From: Thermoplasmatota archaeon
Lineage (GTDB): Archaea; Thermoplasmatota; Thermoplasmata; UBA10834
NCBI GenBank assembly: GCA_040751795.1
Contig: JBFMHR010000002.1
Coordinates: forward strand, 160,001 to 224,000
Direction: 5' to 3'
Length of the DNA stretch: 64,000 nucleotides
Numbering within the stretch: position 1 is the first letter of the stretch; every line of letters begins with the position of its first letter. Below the pieces are notes generated by a model, which was given only the letters and a program-made list of their open reading frames with translations, searched no databases and was not told where the DNA came from. The translations under genes and the position numbers were made by a program. Of this stretch, positions 1 through 10,200 are shown one piece after another.

Positions 1-560
1 TTCGCGTAGGTGTCCGTGACCGGTGCGCCGCCCACGAGGGCCTTCACACCGAGCTTCTTCTGCTTCATCGGGCCTATGACCTCCGCCATCCTGGGCATCG
101 TGGTGGTCATGAGGGCCGACATAGCGACGATCTTGGGCTTGACCTCCTCCGCCTTCTTGACGAAGTCGTTGGAGGCGACGTTCACGCCGAGGTCGACGAC
201 CTCGAAGCCGTTCGAGGAGAGCATCGTCGAGACGAGGTTCTTCCCGATCTCGTGGATGTCGTCCTGGACGGTGCCGATGACGACCTTGCCGACGCTCGCC
301 CTGTGCTGCCCCGACGGTACGGCGGGCTCGAGCACGGCCAACGCAGCCTTCATCGCCTCTGCGCCCATGACGAGCTCGGGTAGGAAGATCTCTCCCTTGC
401 CGAACTTCTCGCCGACGGTCTTGATTCCCTCCGCAAGGCCCTTCTCTATGGCGACAAGCGGGTCAACGCCTCCCTTCAGCGCCTCCTTTGCGAGGTCGGC
501 GATGGTCTCCATCTCGTAGTTTATCACTGCGTTCCTAAGCCGTGTCACTGCATCTTCCAT
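1..560 (-). CDS. Corrinoid (B12-binding) methyl-carrier protein, MtbC/MttC-like; 3' end runs off the window
   Basis: Hand translation (absent from the ORF track): MEDAVTRLRNAVINYE...GEIFLPELVMGAEAM...GKVVIGTVQDDIHEIGKNLV...GFEVVDLG...MSALMTTTM...VGGAPVT. Contains the DxHxxG, SxL and GG cobalamin motifs. Confidence 0.93.
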   Translation of the reverse strand, partial: MEDAVTRLRNAVINYEMETIADLAKEALKGGVDPLVAIEKGLAEGIKTVGEKFGKGEIFLPELVMGAEAMKAALAVLEPAVPSGQHRASVGKVVIGTVQDDIHEIGKNLVSTMLSSNGFEVVDLGVNVASNDFVKKAEEVKPKIVAMSALMTTTMPRMAEVIGPMKQKKLGVKALVGGAPVTDTYA

Positions 561-693
561 TGGTGTAAACCCCCAATCGGTGTCCTTCCAGGACTCGCGT
601 CCCGAAGGGCTCTTTCTGTCGGTCCTAGGGTGGTTCATCCGGAGACGAATCCCCTACTCCGATTGAACCGGCATACTCGATACCCTAATTAAG
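561..693 (-). promoter_or_regulatory. TATA-like box (686-693) and structured ~105-nt 5' leader of the corrinoid gene
   Basis: Minus-strand CTTAATTA. Nested stems CAATCGG(665-659)/CCGATTG(580-574) and GGGATTCG(653-646)/CGAGTCCT(597-590). Confidence 0.5.
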
Positions 694-862
694 GTTTCTG
701 TTGGGTGAGGGTCGCCCCACGGGACCGGCATGAAATGAAATGCGTCGTCTAATATATTAATCGCAACATGCCACTCAGTGGGCGCGAGCAAGCCCGGCCG
801 ACGCCCAACCCAAACGTTTTTCTCAGAGGAGGCGTTCACCCCCCTCTGAGGAGGCGAGTTCA

Positions 863-1753
863 ATGCCTTGTTCGGTCGTGCCAGTGATTGAGCTTAAGGG
901 TACCGCGAAGACGGTGAAGATAGGCGGCGGGATGACGCCGGTGCTCGTCGGGGAGAGGATCAACCCGACGAACAGGAAGGACCTCATCGCCAAGCTGAAG
1001 GCGGGCGAGTTCCAGGTGCTGGAGTTCGAGGCCAAGCGGCAGGTCGAGAACGGCGCGGACGTCCTGGATGTCAACGTCGGAGTCCCCGGCATCGACGAGA
1101 AGCACGCGATGCAGGAGGCCCTCAGGATAGTGCAGGACGCGGTGGACGTCCCCCTGTGGATCGACACGTCGGACCCGGCGGTGCTCGAGCTGGCCCTGAA
1201 GAACGTCAGGGGCCGCGTGGGCATCAACTCGACGACCGGCGAGGAGAAGCGCATGGACGCCGTCATACCTCTCGCGGCCCAGTACGACGCGGCCCTTGTG
1301 GGCCTGTGCATCGACGACGCGGGCATCCCCCAGACGGCCGAGAAGAGGGTCGAGATCGCGAAGAGGATAATCGACCGCGCCGAGAAGGAGGGCATGGACA
1401 GGAAGAACCTCATAATCGACTGCGTCGCCCTCGCCTGCGGCACATCGACCACGGGCGCGAAGGCCACCCTGGACACCATAAGGATCTGCACCGAGGAGCT
1501 CGGAGTCAACACGACCGTGGGCCTGAGCAACGTCTCGTTCGGCCTCCCCGACAGGCCGAGGCTCAACGCCGCGTTCATGCTGATGTGCGCCGGCCAGGGG
1601 ATGACCTGCTTCATCGGCAACCCGCTGGACCCGAACATGCAGTTCTCGCTGAAGGCCTCGAAGCTCTTCTGGGGCGAGGACAAGTTCGGGATGGGCTACC
1701 TCACCTACTTCAGGAAGATGCAGGCCGCCCAGCCCGCGCCCGAGAAGAAGTGA
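863..1753 (+). CDS. Pterin-binding methyltransferase (corrinoid:tetrahydrofolate methyltransferase, MetH pterin domain/AcsE-like)
   Basis: VGERINPT, GADVLDVNVG, PLWIDTS, INST, LIID and GLSNVSFGLP motifs; SD GAGGAGG upstream; divergent from the corrinoid gene. Confidence 0.9.
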   Translation: MPCSVVPVIELKGTAKTVKIGGGMTPVLVGERINPTNRKDLIAKLKAGEFQVLEFEAKRQVENGADVLDVNVGVPGIDEKHAMQEALRIVQDAVDVPLWIDTSDPAVLELALKNVRGRVGINSTTGEEKRMDAVIPLAAQYDAALVGLCIDDAGIPQTAEKRVEIAKRIIDRAEKEGMDRKNLIIDCVALACGTSTTGAKATLDTIRICTEELGVNTTVGLSNVSFGLPDRPRLNAAFMLMCAGQGMTCFIGNPLDPNMQFSLKASKLFWGEDKFGMGYLTYFRKMQAAQPAPEKK

Positions 1754-1795
1754 GCCGGGGCCCCGGCCGAAACGCTCCAAACCCCTTGTTCTCTG
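1754..1795 (+). terminator. Putative terminator
   Basis: Palindrome GCCGGGGCCCCGGC directly after the stop, then CCAAACCCC and a pyrimidine tract; lies between convergent genes. Confidence 0.4.
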
Positions 1796-1862
1796 CCACC
1801 CGCTGCGCAGCCATGGCTCACGCCGCTGTGAACGGACCCGGGAACGGTGCCAGTCCCCGGCC

Positions 1863-3569
1863 TCAGCGCTTCCGCAGCTTCGGGTTGAGCACGTCGTCGA
1901 GGGCGTACCCGACCAGCGAGAAGGACAGGACCATTATGATGATGGACAGTCCGGGCATGAGGATCCACCACCACGCCCCCATGCTGAAGGCGCTGTAGTC
2001 GTAGGCCCCCTCGAGCATCGCGCCCCAGCTGATGACGTCCGGGTCGCCCAGGCCGAAGAAGGTGAGGAACGCCTCGGAGAATATCGCGAGCGCGATGAGC
2101 AGAACGGTGTTGGCGAATATGAGCGGCATGACGTTGGGCAGGATGTGCACGCTGATGATGTGCGCGTCGCCAGCGCCGACGGCCCTGGCCCTCTCGATGA
2201 ACTGCCTCTCCTTGATTGTCAGGACCTGCGACCTCACTATCCTCGCGGTGGAGGGCCAGCCGGTTATGCCTATGACCACTATGACCCAGATGAACTCCTG
2301 GCCCAGGATGGCCATCATCACGATCATCAGTGGGAACCAGGGCAGCACCAGGAAGAAGTCGGTGACCCTCATCAGGACCTCCGACGTCACGCGGCCGAAG
2401 TACCCGGCCGCAAGGCCTATCGACGCGCCCAGGACCACCGATATGAGCGTGGCGACGAGGCCCACCATCAGGCTGGCCCTGGCGCCGAAGACCGTGAGGC
2501 TGTATATGTCGCGCCCGGAGGTGTCCGTCCCGAACGGGTGTATCATCCCTGTGTAGGGCGACTCGTCGAAGGTCGGAGGCAGCGGGTTGACCCAGTCGGG
2601 CCTTATGGATGGTTCGACGTAGTCGATGCTCGTCGGGTCGGGGGCCACCGATATCCAGGGGGCGAACAGCGCCATCCCGACGAATATCAGCAGCACTATG
2701 AAGCCGGAGAAGCCGAGCCTGTTCTGCTTGAATATCCTCCAGGTCTTCTTCGACGACTTCACCCTCAGGCGGAGCTTGTCGATGTCCGTCTTGGTCACCA
2801 GGGCGTGGTCCCGCCTGAGCTTTGTGACGACGAACCATGTCGCGAGCGACACCGTTATTGCCGTGAGCAGGACCTTCCCCCAGTTCTCGTCGAGCCATGT
2901 GGGCGGGGCGTAGACGTCCATGTACGTGGCTGTCTCGTTCTCGAGGCCGCCGACGTCCGTCACCCTCAGCGTTATGGTGAAGTTGCCGGTCTCGTTGAAG
3001 TAGTACAGGTGGACGGGCCCGACGAGCTCGGCCACCGTCTCCCCGTCCTTGGATATGGTCCACTCGAAGAGGACGATGGCTGCGTTGTCCGTGGAGCCGG
3101 AGCCGTTGAGGGTTATCAGCGTGGACTGGAGTATCCTCAGGCCGCGGTTCGCCTTGGCGACCGGGGGCTCGTCGTCCACCCTCGCGGTCATGATCACATA
3201 GTCGACGCCCGAGTTGCCGTCCCCGTCGTGCACTGTCAGGGTGACGTTGTGCGCCCCGACCGTGGCGAACATGTAGACCGGGCTCGCCCCGTAGAGGACG
3301 CGGGAGCCCCCGTCGTAGAAAGTCCACGTGTGGTTGACGACGGCGACGTCGTCGGTCGAGCCGCTCCCGTCGAATGTGATGTTGAGCCCGAGGTAGACGG
3401 TCCTGTCCGGCCCGGCGTCCGCGACCGGGTGGGTCGGGTCCTGCAGCGCCGAGGCGAGCGGGAGCGCCATCAGCACGAGCACTGCGCACGCGATGACTGC
3501 GGAGACCACCTCCGTGAGGGGTGGTATCGTCCTGTCACCGGCATCGGTCATGCTGTTCGAGACAGACAC
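1863..3569 (-). CDS. dppC: Peptide ABC transporter permease (DppC-like) with two N-terminal PKD domains
   Basis: HPFGTDTSGRDIYS, EAA-like FIERARAVGA, LDDVLNPKLR; two PKD repeats (FDGSGSTDD..HTWTF, LNGSGSTDN..FEWTI). Probable GTG start at 3569 after SD GAGGGTGA. Confidence 0.9.
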   Translation of the reverse strand: MSVSNSMTDAGDRTIPPLTEVVSAVIACAVLVLMALPLASALQDPTHPVADAGPDRTVYLGLNITFDGSGSTDDVAVVNHTWTFYDGGSRVLYGASPVYMFATVGAHNVTLTVHDGDGNSGVDYVIMTARVDDEPPVAKANRGLRILQSTLITLNGSGSTDNAAIVLFEWTISKDGETVAELVGPVHLYYFNETGNFTITLRVTDVGGLENETATYMDVYAPPTWLDENWGKVLLTAITVSLATWFVVTKLRRDHALVTKTDIDKLRLRVKSSKKTWRIFKQNRLGFSGFIVLLIFVGMALFAPWISVAPDPTSIDYVEPSIRPDWVNPLPPTFDESPYTGMIHPFGTDTSGRDIYSLTVFGARASLMVGLVATLISVVLGASIGLAAGYFGRVTSEVLMRVTDFFLVLPWFPLMIVMMAILGQEFIWVIVVIGITGWPSTARIVRSQVLTIKERQFIERARAVGAGDAHIISVHILPNVMPLIFANTVLLIALAIFSEAFLTFFGLGDPDVISWGAMLEGAYDYSAFSMGAWWWILMPGLSIIIMVLSFSLVGYALDDVLNPKLRKR

Positions 3570-3579
3570 ATCATCACCC

Positions 3580-4557
3580 TCAGATCTTGACCCTCGGGTC
3601 AAGGTAGAAGTACACCATATCGGCGATCAGGTTCGCCACGAGCACGGCTATGGCCATGAGCAGGAACAGGGCCTGGAGGAGTGGGTAGTCGAGGTTCACG
3701 ACCGCCTCCCAGGTGAGCAGCCCGAGCCCGTCGTACGAGAACACCATCTCCACCATTATCGTCCCGCCAAGCACCCAGCCGACGCTTATGGCGAGGACGG
3801 TGACGACAGGGAGCAGGGCGTTCTTCATCGCGTGGTCGTTGAGGATGCTCTTGTTCGAGACCCCCTTGGCGCGCGCCGTGGTTATGTAGTCCTCGGTGAG
3901 CACGTCCGTGAGCGAGTTCCTCATGATGAGCGCGAACTCGGCCATTATCTCGAGGGTGAACGCGATGACAGGCAGGACCAGGTGATACCCGCGGTCCATG
4001 ACCTTCCCGAAGAGGTTCATGTCCGCGTAATCGGTCGGGCTGTAGGCGCCCTGTAAGGGGAACCACTGGAGCTCCCCGGCGAACAGCATGAGCAGTATGA
4101 GCGCGAACAGGAACGTGGGCATCGAGTAGAACACGAGGGCGAAGGCCATGCCGAGGGTGTCGGCCGGCCTCCCCCTCCTCCAGGCCGCGTACTTGCCCAG
4201 GGCGACCCCGAGCCACACCGCGAGGGCGGTGCCGATCCCCACGAGGAGGACCGTGTTGAATATCTTGGGGCCGATGGCGTCCTGGATGTCGCTGCCCTTC
4301 CAGACGCCGGTGCTGACGCCCAGGTCCCCCGTGAACACCTGTATTATGTAGTAGTACAGCTGGGTCAGCAGGGGGTCGTTGAGGTGGTACTCCTCCCTGA
4401 TGAGGTCCTTCAGCTCCTCGGACCCGGACTTGGGCACGATGACGGCCGCTGGGTCGCCGGGCATGATCCTGAACAGGAAGAAGTTGAAGGCGATTATGGC
4501 GAAGAGCGTGATCACTAGGTAGATCAGCTTCCTGGTGAAGTACGTCCGCATGTCCAT
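3580..4557 (-). CDS. dppB: Peptide ABC transporter permease (DppB-like)
   Basis: MPGDPA, EDYITTARAKG, VEMVFSYDGLG, YFYLDPRVK. Confidence 0.93.
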   Translation of the reverse strand: MDMRTYFTRKLIYLVITLFAIIAFNFFLFRIMPGDPAAVIVPKSGSEELKDLIREEYHLNDPLLTQLYYYIIQVFTGDLGVSTGVWKGSDIQDAIGPKIFNTVLLVGIGTALAVWLGVALGKYAAWRRGRPADTLGMAFALVFYSMPTFLFALILLMLFAGELQWFPLQGAYSPTDYADMNLFGKVMDRGYHLVLPVIAFTLEIMAEFALIMRNSLTDVLTEDYITTARAKGVSNKSILNDHAMKNALLPVVTVLAISVGWVLGGTIMVEMVFSYDGLGLLTWEAVVNLDYPLLQALFLLMAIAVLVANLIADMVYFYLDPRVKI

Positions 4558-4673
4558 GTCAGCGCTCCCCCCTCTCGGCCGGTCTGACTTTCACTGGATC
4601 GTATCCCCTTTGCTCAGGCCACGCCTCGTCTCTTGCTCCCATCTTCTCGGCGCTATATGATGAAACGTATCAT

Positions 4674-4695
4674 GGCCCGGGCTCGCGCCCGGGCC
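4674..4695 (-). terminator. Intercistronic stem-loop after the substrate-binding protein gene
   Basis: GGCCCGGGC-TCGC-GCCCGGGCC, a 9-bp perfect stem about 10 nt after the SBP stop codon. Confidence 0.55.
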
Positions 4696-4705
4696 GGTAT
4701 GGTTT

Positions 4706-6700
4706 TCACTCCCCGAGGGGGCTCTCGCCCTCCTCCTTCTTCCCGCCCTTCTTCTTCATGAGGAGCAGGGCCACGACCGCGACGACGGCCGCGACCGCCA
4801 CCCCCGCGGCGACGAACACCATGATGTCGACATCAGGGTCGGTCACGGGCGGCGTGGTGTCGTCAGGCACCAGGTCGAAGAACAGCGGGTTCCCGGTCCA
4901 GAAGGCGTCCATGCTCCTTCCGGGGTCGCCCTCCCAGTCGCCCCACCCGGTGAAGGTGTCGGTCCTCCATGCGTAGGTCTGGTACGGGTAGGCGAGTATG
5001 ATGTACGCCGCGTCCAGGTAGTTGACGCGCTGGCAGGCGTCGGTGTACTGCTTCCTGGTCTCGTAGTCGAACTCGGAGATGGACTTGCTGTAGTTCTCCT
5101 CGTACGCCTCGGAGGTGTACATGTTGTCGTTCCATCCCGCCCATGACCACTCGGACTGGCAGAAGAGCATGAAGTTCGGGTCGGGGTCCGCGCTCCAGTA
5201 CCATATCATGGTGTCGTAGGCGTAGGAGTAGGCCTCGGTGCTCAGCTTCGCCTCGGTCATCACGGTGTACGTCAGGGCGACGCCGATGTCCGCCCAGACC
5301 TCCACGAGGTACGCGGCAATCTCCTTCTCCTCCGGGAACTCGATCCTGATCATCATGTCGAAGGCCAGGGGAGTGTCCGGCGGGACCCAGCCCTCCTGGA
5401 CCGCAAGGCTGTCCACTGTGGCGACCCTCACGTTGGGGCTCGCCACGGTGTACTTGTACCCGTTGTCCTCGAGGTGCTGCTCCGCTGCGGCGAGGTCGAA
5501 GTCGTAGAGCTCGTCCGCCGTGGGCTCGTAGTGCCAGAGCTCGTTCACGGGGGATATGAGCGTCGAACCTTCCTCCGCGTACCCGAGGTAGTACTGGTCC
5601 ACTATCCACTGCTTGTTCGTGGCCATCGCCAGGGCCTCCCTGACAGCCGGGTCGAGCCTGGCCGGGTTGGGGCCCTGGTCGTTCATGTTGAATGCGATCT
5701 CGGTCCAGTACTGGGTGCACTTCAGCCCATCGAAGACCTCGATGTCCGTCACGTCGCCGCTCTCCACGTCCGACTTCAGCGCGTCGTACTCGGATGGCGG
5801 GAACTGGGCTATGTCGAGCTCCCCGTTCTGGAGCGCCAGGTTCATGGCGACGGAGTCGTCGTAGAAGTACATGACCAGCTTGTCGAACTGGACCTCCTTG
5901 CCCTCCTCGGCCCAGTGGTGGTTCGGGTTCTTCAGGAGCGTGATGTGGTTGCCCTCGAAGTACTCGTCCTCTATGTCCGGACCGGCCATGAACGGCCCGG
6001 TGCCGACTATCGGCGGGCCCCCGTCGTCGAACAGACCGTTCCAGGTGAACGCGATGTCGAACGGCGTCATGGACTCGAGCTTGTGCCTCGGGATCATGGG
6101 GATGCAGATGAGCTCTGCGTATGCGGCAGGCGTCGGCTCCCCGCTCTCCCTCTCGTAGAAGTGGATCCTTATCGTGTCATCGTCCACCCGGTCGGCGTAG
6201 TGCATGAAGTAGGCGTACGGCTGGTACGCCCACCAGGTCTCGTAGAACTCGCCGTTCATGTCGATGACCCACTCAGCGTCCTCCGCCGTGAACGGCTCCC
6301 CGTCATGCCATCGGACATCAGGGTTGAGGTCGAACTCCCAGACGGAACCGTAGGGCTCCTCCGAGGCCACCAATTCCGGATCGGTGACGGGGACGATCGA
6401 CCAGTTGGTGGCGATGTTGCCAACCGTCTCGAAGTCGTTCCCCACGGAGTGCAGGGCGTCGTAGACCAGGCCGTAGAACACGTACGCGGCGTCGGTCAGC
6501 CCAACCATCGGGTTGAGGCTGTCGACCTTCTGCATGAACCCGACCCTGAGTACGGTCTCGGTCTCCTCGTCCTGCGCGGCGACGGAGCTCACCACTCCGA
6601 ACAGCCCACCTATCGGCATGCACAGGACCGTAGCTATCGTCACAATGGCACACAATGAGATTACCTTGCTCAATCTCCCTACCAAAGTCGTATCCCCCAC
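4706..6700 (-). CDS. Peptide ABC transporter substrate-binding protein (family 5) with C-terminal TM anchor
   Basis: SLNP, VRWHDGEPFTAED, PIVGTGPF and VREALAMA motifs; N-terminal signal and C-terminal hydrophobic helix followed by KKK (archaeal anchor). Confidence 0.92.
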   Translation of the reverse strand: MGDTTLVGRLSKVISLCAIVTIATVLCMPIGGLFGVVSSVAAQDEETETVLRVGFMQKVDSLNPMVGLTDAAYVFYGLVYDALHSVGNDFETVGNIATNWSIVPVTDPELVASEEPYGSVWEFDLNPDVRWHDGEPFTAEDAEWVIDMNGEFYETWWAYQPYAYFMHYADRVDDDTIRIHFYERESGEPTPAAYAELICIPMIPRHKLESMTPFDIAFTWNGLFDDGGPPIVGTGPFMAGPDIEDEYFEGNHITLLKNPNHHWAEEGKEVQFDKLVMYFYDDSVAMNLALQNGELDIAQFPPSEYDALKSDVESGDVTDIEVFDGLKCTQYWTEIAFNMNDQGPNPARLDPAVREALAMATNKQWIVDQYYLGYAEEGSTLISPVNELWHYEPTADELYDFDLAAAEQHLEDNGYKYTVASPNVRVATVDSLAVQEGWVPPDTPLAFDMMIRIEFPEEKEIAAYLVEVWADIGVALTYTVMTEAKLSTEAYSYAYDTMIWYWSADPDPNFMLFCQSEWSWAGWNDNMYTSEAYEENYSKSISEFDYETRKQYTDACQRVNYLDAAYIILAYPYQTYAWRTDTFTGWGDWEGDPGRSMDAFWTGNPLFFDLVPDDTTPPVTDPDVDIMVFVAAGVAVAAVVAVVALLLMKKKGGKKEEGESPLGE

Positions 6701-7173
6701 ACTTCCGTTGCGTTGGATCCTTCCCTAGGGACATCGCCAGGCAGGCGGCCCAGCCATCCCCCATGGCGCCGCTTTCCCCGCTGAGGCCCGTGACCCGGTG
6801 AAACTCCTCAGCCGGCGCTCAGGCACGTTGAATGTCCACTTTGGTATAAGAAGATTGTCACAATGAACGTGTTGATTCCCACAGCGTTCGACGCTTGAAG
6901 CAAAAATCGAAACGAAATTGCAAAAACACATGATAATTTACTATTTTCGTTGTCCGGCGTGTGAATCACTAGCGCACCGAGCAAGCGGCAGAGCGGATTC
7001 TGCCGCGATTCGACGGCGTGATCAGCTCTTGCGGGCTGAAGAGAGACGGGCGCCTGCGTCCTCATCTTGCTCCGCGCATTCTCGTGATTAGGCCGCGCGC
7101 ATCTTCCTTGCCGTCTGTGAGTTCGGCTTGATGACAACACTTACTCCTGGACGTCTAGAATCCAACTATCTGG

Positions 7174-7200
7174 CTGTCACGAAGTGACAGGGTATTTATA
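7174..7200 (+). promoter_or_regulatory. Palindromic operator adjoining the TATA box of the surface-protein gene
   Basis: CTGTCAC-GAA-GTGACAG (7174-7190) followed by TATTTATA (7193-7200). Confidence 0.55.
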
Positions 7201-7246
7201 GTGGCGAGTCCTTTTCGAGCGCTAGGCGGCAAGTTGAGCCCACGAC

Positions 7247-10200
7247 ATGGGGGAAGTTGCTAACATGTCTGAACAAGTGAATACTAGTGTACCTGCTAGT
7301 GAGCCTGCACAGCCGGCTTCGTCGTCCCCGCCGAAGAAGGACAACAAGAAGAAGCTATGGCTGATGATTGTGGCGGTGATTGTGGCGATATTGCTGATCA
7401 GCACCGCCGTGTATGTCCTCGTGATAAGCGACGGCGACGAGGAGGAGGCGATCGGTCTCGAGCTCGAGTCCGAGATCCTCCCCTCAGATGACATCACGAT
7501 GGAAGCGCTGGGGATGGTGGAGCTAAGCGTAACAAGCATGCTTGTCAACGACACCGAAGACATATCGTATGAGATAGACGACTGGACCAATGTCACCTAC
7601 TCGTGGTCGAGGACCCCGTACGAGCTCGGCTCGTTCGACCTCCTGGCACGGAGGGAGGTGCAATTCACTGCCACCAACATATCGATGTCTGGGACAGTGA
7701 CATGCACCGTCGAGTGGGAGGACGAGATCGTCCAGGTCACAGCTGATGTGTACATCAACCCGCCGTACCTGGACTCGGTCCTGGTCACCCCGGACTCGTG
7801 GCAGCTCGCGCCCGAGGAACCCCACGATTTCACGGCGACCGCGCTCAACTCCGTGGGCGACGTTATGACGGGTGTGACATTCGCGTGGACCGTGTCTGGC
7901 ATGGACGCCGCTGATTACACCCTCAGCTCTACGACCGGTTCGACCGTGACTTTCACCGGTCTGACCGAGGGCAATGCGACGCTCAACGCGACATGCACGG
8001 CCGGCCTCATCACGAAGGAGGGCGGCGCGGAGATCCAGGTGGGCGGGGCACCGATGAGGACGGTGGACTACCTCTACTACGACCTGTTCAACGTGCCCTT
8101 CGGCGAGTGGTGGGACTGGAGATGGACCTACTACGGCACCGAAGAGGTCGTGACCAGGGAGTACCCGTACATATTCAAGTGGTACGGGAACGCGACCAAC
8201 GTGTGGCTATACGCCAACCAGCGGCTGAACCTCACAGGCAGGAACATGCCAGAGCTCAACATGAACGAGAGGCCCGAGTTCCTTCCGTTCCTGGGCGAGG
8301 CCAGGGGCGGCACCGCAAAGATCGACTGGTACATGCAGTACCTGACCGAGGAGGACATGGCGCGCTACCCTGACAACACTGCTGCTTGGCTCGATGGCTG
8401 GGTCATAGCCCTCAATGGGACAGTCACACTCGACCGGACGGCCGCGATGGCCGTGATGGGCATAACGAGCGAAGGATTCGACGACTTCGACACCTGGTGG
8501 GCGGCGAACGACGACATCTTCCTCAACGACTACATCGACTGGATACTCTACGAGGGCAACGACCGGCTGGACATCTTCTGTGCCTACGAGTACCCGCTGA
8601 CTCCTCTGAGCTTCAACATATTCGCGGAGAAGGTCGGCGACGAGATCGTGCTCACCTACGACACGGTCACCTGGGGCATGGAGTCGATGATGTTCAGGTG
8701 GCTGAAGGATGCGTTCATGCCCGTCGAGTGGTACTACGAGGACATGTACTTCCGCGCGACCATAGGGCCGCAGTACACCGACATCGACATGGACACCGCG
8801 GTTGTCTACGCCGCCTATGCGTACGAGACCACACTAGACAAGGCGCCATGCTGGATGTGGGAGGCCCTGATGCAGGACTACGTCCCATCGACCGGTGCGC
8901 ACCCGTATTCGCTGTTCGACGTCTACGAGGACCTCGAGTACTACAACTACGCCCCGGGCAGCCCGTGGTACGGCACCATGATGCCATACGACTACGCCCC
9001 TGGCGCACACAACCTGTCTGAGAACGAGACCATGGTCCTCGAGTGGCCTGGGGAGGACAACCTCCTGTTCTACACGCATGACGAACCCTACAAGACCTTC
9101 AACTGGACCGGCGCCATGACATGCAACTACTCCGAGCCGGACTGGGTGGAGTTCCCGGGACAGATCGCGCTTGACAAGGACGCGAGGACGCTGTCCTTCG
9201 AGGGGCCGATAGACTTCTGGACATGGTCGAAACTCCAGGCAGACACGTATCCGGGCGACACGAGGTACGAGAACCTGGGCTCGGAGTGGGACAGGCTGGG
9301 AGGAGTGCTTCCATACGGCTGCCCCACCATCGAATTCAGGCTGGCATCCGACGAGGACCCCGTCCCGTACACTCTCCGCGTGGAAGGCATAGAGAGCCCG
9401 ATAGAGGAGGACACCCTGACCGGTGTTACGGTGACCGTGCTGGACCAGTTCGGCACGTTGTACACGACCTACACGGGCACGATCGAGTTCTCGTCCAACG
9501 ACACAGGTGCGACTCTGCCTGCGCAGTACACCTTCCAGGCTGCGGACCTCGGGACGAAGGCGTTCCCAGACTCGGTCATGTTCAGCACCGCGGGGATCTA
9601 CTACGTCATGGCGGAGGATGTGAGCAACTCGGCGCTGTTCGGTTCGCAGGAGAACATCGATGTGTATTCGTCCTCGATGCCGACCACCCTGCTCGTGGAG
9701 GGCGTCACAAGCCCGATAACGGCGGGAGTGGCCTCCGGGTTCACCGTGACCGTGCTCGACCAGGCGGGACTTCCGTACACGGGCCCGTATGAGGGGACGA
9801 TAGAGTTCTCCTCCAACGACTCCGCTGCGGACCTGCCCCTCGACTACACGTTCACCCTGGCGGACGCAGGTACGCACACATGGGACGCGGCTGACGGCGT
9901 GACCTTCAACACTGCAGGGACGCGCGACCTGACGGCCGCGGACACCTCCGACCCGACGATCTCCGGCTCGCAGCTGGGCATCGTCGTGACGGAGGCGCCC
10001 AGGATGGATTCCTTCGAGGTCGCCCTGTCTGCGGACACGGCCATAGCTAACGACACGCTGCTGGACGTGACCGTCACGGCCATGGACCAGTTCGGGAACC
10101 CGTACACGGACTACGTCGGGACGGTCGTGTTCAGCTCGGACGACACCGTCGCCTCGCTGCCAATGGCCGACCTGACCTTCCTGGCAGGCGACCTGGGCGT

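Noticed and set aside
6700-6850. Nested stems in the SBP leader (GCGCCG/CGGCGC, GCTGAGG/CCTCAGC) and a TGGTAT half-site
   Set aside because: Short GC-rich stems are expected by chance, there is no known riboswitch consensus, and the half-site lacks the second arm of the HTH-MNT operator.
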